Below, in pieces: positions 36,684-47,000 of a DNA stretch of 64,000 bases (position 1 is the stretch's first letter; each line of letters starts with the position of its first letter). This stretch comes from Chlamydiia bacterium (lineage in GTDB: Bacteria > Chlamydiota > Chlamydiia > Chlamydiales > RGXB01). Location of the stretch: the NCBI GenBank assembly GCA_040382515.1, contig JBEIFH010000002.1:29806-93805 (forward strand). Direction: 5' to 3'. Both the position numbers and the translations under genes were made by a program. A model generated the notes under the pieces. It saw only the letters and a program-made list of their open reading frames with translations, ran no database searches and was not told the origin of the DNA.

Positions 36684-37715
36684 CTAGTAGCTTGTTTTAT
36701 GGAGTGAGGTTTTTCCACTAAAGCTTTTATAGAGCCATGCCCCGTAGGCAAAGACTAACGGCAATCCAAGGCAGGCCACAGTCAAAAGAATGATCAGTGA
36801 GGTTTGTGATACTGCAGTGTTATGCAAATTAATTGTATAGGCAGGATCTATGGTGGAACGCAAAATATTTGGATAAAATCCTATGCTTGCAAGCCCAAAA
36901 AGTGTCGAGATATTCATACATGAAAAAATAAACGCCCAACCTGGTCTGTTTCTGCGAATCGCTTCGTGAACCATCCAGATAAACACATATATCAAAACCG
37001 GAAACAAATAATAGATTTTGTAATCGTCGTATCTCTCAAACATTTCAGGAACATCCATCGCCATAGTTATGGAGGATATAAAATAGGCCAACAAATACAG
37101 AGCCATGTAAAAAGGGATCGCCTTTTTCACCCTCTCGTGTAATTCCCCTTCAGTCTTTAACAACAAAAAGACCCCTCCGTGCATGGCAAACAGAAAAGCT
37201 CCCATGAAGGCAACATTAATTGGAAAAGGGCGAAGAAAGGACATGAAGTTCCCTACAAACAGGACATTCCCCGCCTCATTTGTAAAAGGGACTCCCGTGA
37301 TCATCGAACCGAGTAAAAGACCGGCTCCGAAAGTGATGATCAAAGAAGCTATACCGAAAATAGTATCCCAGGTCAATCTCCAACGGTGGTTCTCAACCTT
37401 AGAGCGAAACTCGATCGCAACAGCTCTTAATATAATCCCAAAAAGGAGAAACATCACAAGTGTGTAATAGATCGAACATATCGCTGCATACGCAGGAGGA
37501 AATCCTGCAAACAAACCCCCACCGATTATAATCAACCATACCTCATTTCCATCCCACAAGGGACCGATAGTGTTGAGCATCAGTCTTCTTTCCTGATCGG
37601 TTTTCCCTAAGTATAAAAGGCTTCCTACCCCAAGATCAAAGCCGTCGAGCAAAATATACATGACAACAGCGATACAGATAATTAAATACCAACCTATTTC
37701 CAAATATTCCGTCAT
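36684..37715 (-). CDS. cydB: Cytochrome bd ubiquinol oxidase subunit II
   Basis: Polytopic. YILLDGFDLGVG and WDGNEVWLI motifs. ATGA overlap with cydA. Confidence 0.9.
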   Translation of the reverse strand: MTEYLEIGWYLIICIAVVMYILLDGFDLGVGSLLYLGKTDQERRLMLNTIGPLWDGNEVWLIIIGGGLFAGFPPAYAAICSIYYTLVMFLLFGIILRAVAIEFRSKVENHRWRLTWDTIFGIASLIITFGAGLLLGSMITGVPFTNEAGNVLFVGNFMSFLRPFPINVAFMGAFLFAMHGGVFLLLKTEGELHERVKKAIPFYMALYLLAYFISSITMAMDVPEMFERYDDYKIYYLFPVLIYVFIWMVHEAIRRNRPGWAFIFSCMNISTLFGLASIGFYPNILRSTIDPAYTINLHNTAVSQTSLIILLTVACLGLPLVFAYGAWLYKSFSGKTSLHKTSY

Positions 37716-39100
37716 ACCCTGTTCTCCGAATTTGTATAAAGATCTACATCCTCTTCGTGTTCTCCACCAACAAGATCGGGGCCATGTTGGATCTTTTTAT
37801 CTAAAAGGAAAATAAAAAGGGCAAACAAAAGGGCGAACATCAGACTGAACATCGTGAGCGAACCCATGATCTGCCCGCTAGATACAGTTGCATTCGTCAC
37901 ACCCTCTCTAGTACGCAAGAGGCCTTGAACCAGCCAAGGCTGACGTCCTAGCTCAGCGGTCATCCAGCCGGTCAGATTACCCACATAAGGGAGCAGTACC
38001 GAAACAACAGAAACTCTCAAAAGCCACTTGGACTCCTCAAGTTTTTTCTGCCAATAACGCCACATAGCCCACATGATAATCATGACCATCATCCCCCAGG
38101 TCGCGACCATGATATGATAGGTCTGAAAAACAAGTTGTATGTTCGGACGATCTTTTGGATCGGGTGCCACCTCTTTCAACCCTTTCACGGGCTCTTTAAA
38201 ATTCCCGGTTGCAAGGAAACTCAGAAGACCGGGGACTTTCAATCCATATACTTTTTCATTTTTTTCGTCGACCCAACCAAATAGGGAAATCGGTGTGTAC
38301 TCCTCGGTGTCGTAAACCCCTTCTAGAGCTGCAAATTTTACCGGTTGGTTTTTATAGACACCCCGTGCGGTAGAATCTGCGGAGACAAATTGCACAAGAA
38401 GCATAACCGCTAAAAAAATAATCGAGATCTTTTGACAGGTTTTCGCAAAAAGGTGGTGCCTATTTTTCAGAACATAGTAGCTTGCCACGCTCAAAACCAA
38501 AAACCCGCCCAAAACCCAACATCCAACCAGAACATGGAAAATCCTGTCTAAAGTCGACGGGGTGAAGTAGACTTTCCACAAATCGACGATCACGGCCCTT
38601 TTTTGGGCACCGGCGCCGATAATTTTGTAGCCATCGGGCGTGTGCATCCATGAGTTTGCCATCACAATCCAAATAGCGCTGAAGTGGGCGCCGAAAACAA
38701 CCATGCAAGTTGAAAGATAATGCATTTTGCGGCTTACCCTCTCCCAACCGAAAAGCATGAAACCAATGAAACTTGCCTCAAGAAAAAAGGCAAAAATCCC
38801 TTCAGGAGCAAGTAGAGAACCAAAAATGTCCCCTACAAAGGTGGAAAATCTGGCCCAGTTATTTCCAAAAGAAAAAAGTTGCACAAAACCGGTAGCAACG
38901 CCCATTGCAAAGAAAAGGGCAAAAATCCTTGTCCAAAAACGGCAGATCTCCTTCATTTCAGGATCTTTTGTTTTTACATAGATCCCCTCAAAAATGACCA
39001 GTATCAAACCGAGACCAATACTCATAGGGGGGAATAGATAGTGGAAGGAGATAGTCAATGCATACTGAATGCGTGCCAAAATCAATGATAACTCGTCCAT
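37712..39100 (-). CDS. cydA: Cytochrome bd ubiquinol oxidase subunit I
   Basis: LARIQYALTISFHYLFPP, the Q-loop region, and GWMTAELGRQPW. Confidence 0.9.
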   Translation of the reverse strand: MDELSLILARIQYALTISFHYLFPPMSIGLGLILVIFEGIYVKTKDPEMKEICRFWTRIFALFFAMGVATGFVQLFSFGNNWARFSTFVGDIFGSLLAPEGIFAFFLEASFIGFMLFGWERVSRKMHYLSTCMVVFGAHFSAIWIVMANSWMHTPDGYKIIGAGAQKRAVIVDLWKVYFTPSTLDRIFHVLVGCWVLGGFLVLSVASYYVLKNRHHLFAKTCQKISIIFLAVMLLVQFVSADSTARGVYKNQPVKFAALEGVYDTEEYTPISLFGWVDEKNEKVYGLKVPGLLSFLATGNFKEPVKGLKEVAPDPKDRPNIQLVFQTYHIMVATWGMMVMIIMWAMWRYWQKKLEESKWLLRVSVVSVLLPYVGNLTGWMTAELGRQPWLVQGLLRTREGVTNATVSSGQIMGSLTMFSLMFALLFALFIFLLDKKIQHGPDLVGGEHEEDVDLYTNSENRV

Positions 39101-39294
39101 AGTACCCTTTTTATCTCGTGATTCATCATTCTAAAGACCAGCTTCAAGAAAAAAAATCCCGAAAAAAACCTTTTTCTATTTTGTAAAGTGATCTTTGAAT
39201 GCCCCTTTGGTTTTTGTCTAGATTTATTTTTTTTTCTTAGGTAACATCAAAGATAAAGCTATAAACTATATTTATCGACGGGGTTTTTTTTACC

Positions 39295-40092
39295 GTGCTG
39301 CAATTTTCTTATATCGTTAGCTCGTTTTTTGAAATCCTGATCATCTCGGTCATGATGAACTATCTCCTTGCATTTTTCTGGAATACGAGGGCTCTGGATA
39401 CGTTCATAGGACTTTCGGCCTTCATCACCCTTTACGCCCTCTCAAGTTGGCTTGATTTCCCGGTTCTGCATCAAATTCTAATCTTATTGACAAACGTAGC
39501 TTTGATCGCAGTGATTGTCATATTCCAACCCGAGTTAAGAGTCGCACTATCACGCCTTTCATTCAAGGGGCGGCGCTATAAGGAAATCTTAGAATTTGAT
39601 CAATTTTTGGATGGTTTTGCAAAGTCCGTTTACAATTTCTCCGAAAAAGGGATAGGCGCATTGATTGCTATTGAGAATGAAGATAGTTTGGAGGAATTTG
39701 GGCCAAAAGGTGTCATAATGCATGCCCGTTTCTCCCAAGAACTTCTAGAAACCATTTTTATCACCTCGACCCCTTTGCACGACGGGGCGGTTCTTTTGAG
39801 AGAAAAGGAGATCATAGCAGCTGCTGTTATCCTCCCCTTAACGCAGGGTTCCGGGCTGGCGAAGTCTATGGGGACAAGGCACCGTGCCGCGATAGGGCTT
39901 TCTGAGGTATCCGATGCCATCATAGTGGTTGTTTCTGAGGAGAATCATTATGTTTCGATCGCAAGGGACGGTATTTTGACTAAAAATATAAAGATAGACC
40001 GCTTCAAGGCAATTTTCAGAAGCATTTTTGCGCCGGAGAGGCGGGAAGAGAGCGTTTGGTATAAAGAAATTCTCGATTGGTTCCGACAATGA
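39295..40092 (+). CDS. cdaA: Diadenylate cyclase (membrane-anchored CdaA/DacA type)
   Basis: Three N-terminal TMs plus DisA_N motifs GALIAIE, TPLHDGAVLL, GTRHRAAIGLSE and VVVSEE. GTG start. Confidence 0.9.
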   Translation: MLQFSYIVSSFFEILIISVMMNYLLAFFWNTRALDTFIGLSAFITLYALSSWLDFPVLHQILILLTNVALIAVIVIFQPELRVALSRLSFKGRRYKEILEFDQFLDGFAKSVYNFSEKGIGALIAIENEDSLEEFGPKGVIMHARFSQELLETIFITSTPLHDGAVLLREKEIIAAAVILPLTQGSGLAKSMGTRHRAAIGLSEVSDAIIVVVSEENHYVSIARDGILTKNIKIDRFKAIFRSIFAPERREESVWYKEILDWFRQ

Positions 40093-41333
40093 AACAGTTT
40101 TTGCACGATCTTTTTTTTGAGAACATCCCTAGAAAATTAGTGGCAATGCTAACCGCTATCATCATTTTCTTTTTTGTAAATCAGTCTCTCACTGTAACGA
40201 AAATTGTCAACAACGTTTCGATACGTCTCATAAATATCCCTCCCCAGAAAACCGTTGAGGGGCTTTTGCCGAATGGTTATCTCTCAAAAAAAATCACTCT
40301 TACCTTAAACGGAAAAAAATCCTCTTTGGAGGAGATTTCCTCTACAGACATTGAAGTTGTTTTAGATCTTTCGGGAAAAAAAGAGAGTTTTACAGCCCAA
40401 ATCACAGAAAAAAATCTATTCTCTCTCAATCCTCAAATCAAAATAGCTAGAGATATCCGAAAAGTATCCACCAGACAGCTGTATATCCAACTATTAAATC
40501 TTGTGAGCGACAAGATTCCCGTTTACCTGCTTAAACCCTCGGGCGAAGCTCCCAAAGGGTACCAATTTGTCGATATCCATCCCCATATGGTATTTGTGGA
40601 TGTGACCGGACCTGATGAAATTATAAAAAAACTGAAAGTACAGGGCTTGGTGAAAGTTTTCAGCTTAAATGATATCTCTCTAGAGGGTCTTGACGGAATC
40701 GCTTCCAACACCTCAAAAAATGATGTTTTGACCTATAATGTCCCGCTGGATCAGTGCTTTGTATATATTCCCTCCCTAGCACCTGATAAAAAATTCTACT
40801 TCGACCCCACCTCCGAGAAAGTTAAAATTGATTTCTTAAAAACGCAAAATCTTCCTCTCGATACCAAAATACCGGTCACTTTCTTTGTTCCCTCAAAACA
40901 TCCTAAAGAGATCGATGTTTCTCAAATCTCGATACAAGAAAATTCCGTTGTGACAACGTTGATGAATCAAAAGGTATTGGCCCCTAAGCTCTATGCTAAA
41001 AATGTGAGCCAGCCTTTTCTCGATACGATCCAATCGATGATGCAAATTGTTGTTGTGCCCCCCATTTTGCTTGGGCAACGCCCCAGCTGGTCAGTAGAGT
41101 TTATCGGCTTAAAAGACCTTGAGGAGCGCTATATCAATAAAATGATCCAAGAAAGCTCGATTACCCGCTCTAACGACCAGCCCGAATCGATCAAACGGGG
41201 ATTATATAAATCAAGGTTTAGAAATTATGCGAGCCAGCTGGTCCTCACGCTCGAAGATGGAACCCCTCTCGATTTTTCGATCCAATTTAAAAACACAAAA
41301 ATTACCCTTCTATTAAAGACCGATGCCGGCTAA
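40089..41333 (+). CDS. cdaR: YbbR-domain protein (CdaR-like regulator of CdaA)
   Basis: N-terminal TM followed by repeated beta-rich YbbR-like modules. ATGA overlap with cdaA. The cdaA-ybbR pairing is conserved. Confidence 0.7.
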   Translation: MKQFLHDLFFENIPRKLVAMLTAIIIFFFVNQSLTVTKIVNNVSIRLINIPPQKTVEGLLPNGYLSKKITLTLNGKKSSLEEISSTDIEVVLDLSGKKESFTAQITEKNLFSLNPQIKIARDIRKVSTRQLYIQLLNLVSDKIPVYLLKPSGEAPKGYQFVDIHPHMVFVDVTGPDEIIKKLKVQGLVKVFSLNDISLEGLDGIASNTSKNDVLTYNVPLDQCFVYIPSLAPDKKFYFDPTSEKVKIDFLKTQNLPLDTKIPVTFFVPSKHPKEIDVSQISIQENSVVTTLMNQKVLAPKLYAKNVSQPFLDTIQSMMQIVVVPPILLGQRPSWSVEFIGLKDLEERYINKMIQESSITRSNDQPESIKRGLYKSRFRNYASQLVLTLEDGTPLDFSIQFKNTKITLLLKTDAG

Positions 41334-42060
41334 CCGCTATTTTACCCATCAAGACTTAGAAAAAGACCCTTTAATCCAGCTTGAAGGCGATGAAGCGCTC
41401 CACCTAAGGACAGTGATGAGGAATGTCGAGGGGGATGCAGTAGAGCTGATAAACGGCAAAGGGCTTTTGGCTCATGCTAAAGTCACAGAGATCTCAAAAA
41501 AAGCGGTTTGTTTAAAAATTGAACATGTTGAACGTTTCATAAAGCCTTTCGAAATCGAAATTGGTATCGGTATGCTTGTGCAAGAGCGCCTCGATTTGAT
41601 ACTGGAGAAGGGGTGCGAGCTTGGGGTGACTAAAATTTTTTTAATTCGGACCCAAAGTGTCGGTAAATCCGGATTTACCGACGGGCAAATGGAGCGGATG
41701 CAAAGGGTTTTAATAGCTGCTTTGAAACAGTCGGGGCGAGTATGGCTTCCCTCGATCGATCTTGTCCCTTCGCTGGATGCGTTTGTGAGCACCGCAAAGA
41801 ATATCTACTTTGGAGACATCAATTCTAATTCCCCTGCCCTGCTCGAAGTTTTTGACACCACCTCGCCGTTTCGGCTTCTTGTGGGACCGGCCAAAGGGTT
41901 CACCAAAGAAGAGTTGGATCTTTTGAAAAATAAAATTAATATCCAAGGGGTCTATTTGAGCGATGCTATCTTGAGGGCAGAGACGGCTGCTGTTTTGATG
42001 ATCGGTCTTGTCAACCACGCTTTTTTGCTAAAACAACCCCATTCAAAGGATCGAGGGTAA
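41323..42060 (+). CDS. rsmE: 16S rRNA (uracil1498-N3)-methyltransferase RsmE
   Basis: NRYF....L.GDEALHL..VMR...GD.VELINGKG, then the C-terminal SPOUT region LLVGPAKGFTKEE and LRAETAA. Confidence 0.85.
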   Translation: MPANRYFTHQDLEKDPLIQLEGDEALHLRTVMRNVEGDAVELINGKGLLAHAKVTEISKKAVCLKIEHVERFIKPFEIEIGIGMLVQERLDLILEKGCELGVTKIFLIRTQSVGKSGFTDGQMERMQRVLIAALKQSGRVWLPSIDLVPSLDAFVSTAKNIYFGDINSNSPALLEVFDTTSPFRLLVGPAKGFTKEELDLLKNKINIQGVYLSDAILRAETAAVLMIGLVNHAFLLKQPHSKDRG

Positions 42061-43756
42061 CATAAAGCCCTTTTTTGATTGCAAGAGGATTCCCATGGGC
42101 TCTATAAACACAGGGTATGCCCATTTTTTCTACATCTTCTAGAAATTTTTTTTCTTCCTCGCTGTTTTCACTGTGTCTGATAAGAATAGCACCGGCCACA
42201 TACTTTAAAATAGCGCTATACTCCGGTCTATAATCGATCAAAACAACGATATTTCCCTTAGCAGCATGAGGAGATATAGGATCTAGAGGGAAATTATGAA
42301 CAATCGGGGCTTCGACAATTTTATTCCCTTTTCCTAATCCGCGGAAAAACACCTCTCCGATACTTACAAGCTGGATGGTGTTTGTCGTCCCGGGTCGATT
42401 GAACGGGATTCCGTAAGTCATCACTAGGAGGTCGCCGAACTGCACCCAGTTTTTTTCCAAGCTCAACTTTGAGGCTTTCTGGATCCCTTCTTGCAGATCC
42501 TTATACTCTGCTATAATAGGGCAGACTCCCCATTGTATCGCTAATCGATGGAAAGTCCTCAAAGAGCTCGTGAGGGCAAAAATTGGGGTATCTGGTCTCA
42601 ATGAACTTAAAGAACAGGCAGAACGTCCCGTAGTAGAAAATGAGAGGATCCCTTTGGTTTTAGAGCTCATCGAAAGTATAACCGCCCCATGAGCTAAGGC
42701 GAGATTCATATCAAAATGGTTATTAGGACCCCGGTAAATGTTAGAATCGGTATAATCTATATGCTTTTCTGCATCGACAATGATGCGCCGCATCTGATCT
42801 ACCGTCTCGATAGGATATTTTCCAACTGCTGTTTCCCCGGACAACATCACCGCAGATGCCCCATCGTAAATCGCATTCGCCACATCGCTCACTTCCGCCC
42901 TGGTAGGTCTTGGATTTTCTATCATAGATTCCAACATCTGGGTGGCGACAATTGTGTATTTATTCCATTCCCTTGCCTTTGAAAGGAGCATTTTTTGCAA
43001 TGAGGGCAAAAGCTCCATTTTCAATTCGATTCCGAGGTCCCCTCTTGCAACCATGATCCCGTCAGCCTCTTGAAGAATCGATTCATACTGGTCGACAGCA
43101 TTTACGGTCTCGATTTTGGCTATCACACCCACATCTTCAAATCCGTTTTCCAAAAGGAGCTGTTTGATCGCCAAAACGTTTTCTTTTGTATTCACAAATG
43201 AGGCCGCGATCAGGTCTATACCGTTTTTTATTCCGAAAAGGATATCTTTACGGTCTTGGTCGGTGATATCGGGTATTTCAAGCAGGGCTTGGGGTATATG
43301 GCAATTTTTGTTTTGTTTTAAAATCCGCTCATTTTTGAATTGGATCAAGACACCATCCGGCTCTTTTGCCAAGCAAGTTGCCATAAGATAACCGTCATCA
43401 AAAAGAAGATCCATTCCGGGTTCAATTTTTTTTACGACATCATAAGGTCTTAAATTTAAATCCCCATTGATCCCAAGTCGGTAAGTTTTATTTTTGTCGA
43501 TCCGGATTTCGCCGTCTTTGAGGGGCTCTACCCTCACCTCATACCCTTTTGTGTCCAATAAAATAGCTACGGGCTCCTTAAGCTCTTCTCGAATCTTTTG
43601 AATCCGTTGTATCACCTCTAGATGCTCTTCATGGCTTCCATGACTGAAATTCAGCCGAAATACGTTCACCCCTGATTTTATAAGATTTTTTATCATGTCG
43701 CAGCTTTTGGTACTCGGCCCTACTGTGGCTATAATTTTTGTACGTGGTTGACCCAT
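42011..43756 (-). CDS. pyk: Pyruvate kinase with about 100-aa C-terminal PEP-utilizer-like extension
   Basis: RTKIIATVGPST, NFSHG, DTKGYEVR, MVARGDLGIE and ATQMLESM. ATG 43756 is preferred; a TTG at 43810 is the longest-ORF alternative. Confidence 0.9.
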   Translation of the reverse strand: MGQPRTKIIATVGPSTKSCDMIKNLIKSGVNVFRLNFSHGSHEEHLEVIQRIQKIREELKEPVAILLDTKGYEVRVEPLKDGEIRIDKNKTYRLGINGDLNLRPYDVVKKIEPGMDLLFDDGYLMATCLAKEPDGVLIQFKNERILKQNKNCHIPQALLEIPDITDQDRKDILFGIKNGIDLIAASFVNTKENVLAIKQLLLENGFEDVGVIAKIETVNAVDQYESILQEADGIMVARGDLGIELKMELLPSLQKMLLSKAREWNKYTIVATQMLESMIENPRPTRAEVSDVANAIYDGASAVMLSGETAVGKYPIETVDQMRRIIVDAEKHIDYTDSNIYRGPNNHFDMNLALAHGAVILSMSSKTKGILSFSTTGRSACSLSSLRPDTPIFALTSSLRTFHRLAIQWGVCPIIAEYKDLQEGIQKASKLSLEKNWVQFGDLLVMTYGIPFNRPGTTNTIQLVSIGEVFFRGLGKGNKIVEAPIVHNFPLDPISPHAAKGNIVVLIDYRPEYSAILKYVAGAILIRHSENSEEEKKFLEDVEKMGIPCVYRAHGNPLAIKKGLYVTLDPLNGVVLAKKRG

Positions 43757-44073
43757 ATATTTTGCTATATTGCTTAGAAGCGGATTATTTGCAAAACATC
43801 TTAGCTGCAAGCCCCCCCTTTTTTCTCCATTCGGGCCGGGCTTATAGAAATAATGGTAATTTAGGGAAAATAATCCAAATAAACGGTAAAATGAATCCCG
43901 GGACTCACTTTGAAGTTTTGGCTCGATCAGTTTGTTTAGATGATTTTTTTCTTAAAAAGAGGACACGAATCGATACAAACCCGCTTCTCAAAGGAAGAGA
44001 GAAAATATTAATTTTTATTATTTAAAAATTCTATAACCCTTGTCATCAATACGAATGAAGGTTTGATCAAATT

Positions 44074-47000
44074 ATGCCCCACAATGAGATCGTTTTAAAA
44101 AATGTACGCGTTCATAATTTGAAAGGGGTCAATCTCTCTTTAAAAACTAACCAACTTATCGTTTTTGCAGGGGTATCAGGCTCCGGGAAATCCTCGTTAG
44201 CTTTTGATACTATCTACATGGAAGGGCAAAGGCGTTATTTAGAATCTCTCACTACATTTGCAAAAAGGCATATCGGGGGTCTGAAAAAACCTGAGGCCGA
44301 CTCGATAGAGGGGCTCACACCGTGCATAGCGATTGAGCAAAAAACGATCGGGAGGAATCCGAGGTCGACTGTGGGGACCATGACGGGAGTGTACGATTTC
44401 TTAAGGGTTCTTTTCGCAAGAGCTGGTATTCCAAGATGTCCCGACACCCTCGAACCTTTGTCTAAACTGTCAAAAGAAAGCATCCACCGTCAGCTTCTCA
44501 AAGATTTTTTAGGTGAAGCTATTTATGTCCTGGCGCCGGTTTTAGAAAATAAACGGGCCGAAGCCAAGGAGTTAATACAAAATTTTTATAAAAAAGGGTA
44601 TACCCAAGCCCGTCTCAACGGAAAACTCATAGAACTTGACTCCGAAACGGAAATTGACCTGACCCAAAGCATCCACCTCCAAATCGTAATCGATCGGATC
44701 AAAGTGGAATCGAAAGGGGAAAAAAGGCTCATGGAGGCAATTGAGAACGCTCTGCGTATCGGCCAAAAAAAGTTTTCGATACTCAACCGCGATACCGGTC
44801 AAGAGACCTTTTTTTCGACCGAAAGTTACGCATTCTCTACAAAAAAAAGTTACCCAACTCTAGAACCTTTCCACTTTTCATTCAATCATCCGGAAGGGAT
44901 GTGCCCCACCTGCGAAGGTTTAGGGACAGAAAAAACATTTCAACTAGAGACTCTGGTGGTTCAAGATAAAAGCATCCCTGAGGGGGCTTTAGATGCGATC
45001 ACCCCTTTTGATACACAAATTTGGGGCAATATCTACACCAATCTGGCTAGAATCTACAAATTCAATCTCCACACCCCTTTTCAAGAGCTTTCGGATAAAG
45101 CAAAAAAAATCTTGTTGGACGGAACCGAGGACAAATACTTGACTATGGTTTTTGTCCATCCCAAAACAAGGGAAAAAACTACCCAGTATATCCCCTGGAA
45201 AGGGATCAAGCACGAGCTCAAAAAAAGGTATAATGAGGCGAAAAGCGAGCTCTACAAAGAGAAATTTAAGGAATTTATCATCGATATCCCCTGCTCTCTT
45301 TGTGGCGGGGCCAGAATCGATCGTTTTGCAAAAGTGACCCTTTTCCATGGCAAAATGATCCATGAATTGACACGCCTCTCTCTAAAAGAACTGGGAGAAT
45401 TTTTTTCCCAGTTGTCAATAGATCCGGCAGATGTTGTGATAGCAGAAGAGCTGATCCGTGAAATCCAAAGACGGCTCTATTTTTTGATAGACGTGGGTGT
45501 GGGCTACTTATCCCTTGAAAGGACCTCATCGACTCTAAGCGGAGGGGAAGCCCAACGGGTAAGACTTGCGTCACAACTCGGCCAAGGTCTGGTTGGGACC
45601 ACCTATATACTTGATGAGCCCAGCATCGGATTGCACCCCTCGGACAACTTGAAGTTGTTAAAGACCCTTCGGGATCTGACACGCCAGGGAAATACCGTGA
45701 TCGTTGTAGAGCACGACGAAGAGACCATCAGGCATGCAGATACAATAGTCGATGTGGGCCCTTTGGGTGGGGAAGCAGGCGGCGAGATCGTTGGACTAGG
45801 AAAAGTGGAAGATCTCATAAGATCCAAAAAATCGATCACAGGCATGTACCTGAGTCGTAAAAAGCAGATCCCCATTCCTGCAAAAAGGCGTCAACCCACC
45901 GGTTTTTTGCAAATCAAAGGGGCAGAGCACCACAATCTCAAATCGATAGATGTCTCGTTTCCACTGGGAGTTTTTTGCGCGGTGACCGGTGTTTCGGGTT
46001 CTGGAAAATCGTCGCTTGTCAATGACATCCTTTTTCCTGTGACAAGCAACAGGCTGATGCAATCGAAACTTATGCATGGTGCCTATAAATCGATAGAGGG
46101 TCTGGAGCAGCTTGATAAAGTGATCATGATAGACCAGCAACCCATAGGCAAAACCCCCAGGTCTAATCCGGCCACATACATAAAAGTCTTCGATGCCATT
46201 CGGGACCTATTTGCATCTCTGCCCGAGAGCCTTGCGCTGGGATTTAAAGCAGGTCGCTTCAGCTTTAATGTCAAAGAGGGGTCCTGCCTTTCATGCAAAG
46301 GGATGGGGCTCATCCGTATCGACATGGATTTTCTAGAGGACAGTTGGATTGAATGTCCCCACTGCGAAGGGGAGAGATTCGATCCCAGAACATTGTCTGT
46401 AAAATTCAAGGGGTTTAATATCTACGAGGTCCTCGAACTTTCTGTTGACGAGGCAGAAAAGCTTTTTGAGGCGATCCCCTCGATTGCAAAAAAGCTCTAT
46501 ATGCTCCAGGAGGTAGGTCTAGGGTACATGAAAATCGGCCAGTCCTCCACCACCCTTTCAGGAGGTGAGGCTCAAAGAATCAAGCTTGCAAAAGAATTAT
46601 CAAGGCCAAGTACATCAAAAACTTTGTACCTGTTAGATGAACCCTCCACCGGTTTACATTTTGAAGACATCCAGAAAATGGTCAAAATCCTGAATAAGCT
46701 TGTTGAAAAACAAAACACCGTCTTAGTGATCGAGCATAACCTGGACCTCATAAAAATTGCAGACTGGATCATCGATTTAGGCCCGAAAGGGGGGCAAGAG
46801 GGGGGATACCTGATGGCAGAGGGGACGCCCGAGATGATTGCTAAATCCTCCTCCCCTACCGGACAATTTGTTAAAGATGCCCTCAATGACACTCTGAAAT
46901 TTACCACACATCAGGTTGCAAGCGATGAAAAACCGATCACTCATATAGAGGTTAAAAATGCGAGTCAAAACCATCTAAAGAACATCGACATCCGTATCGA

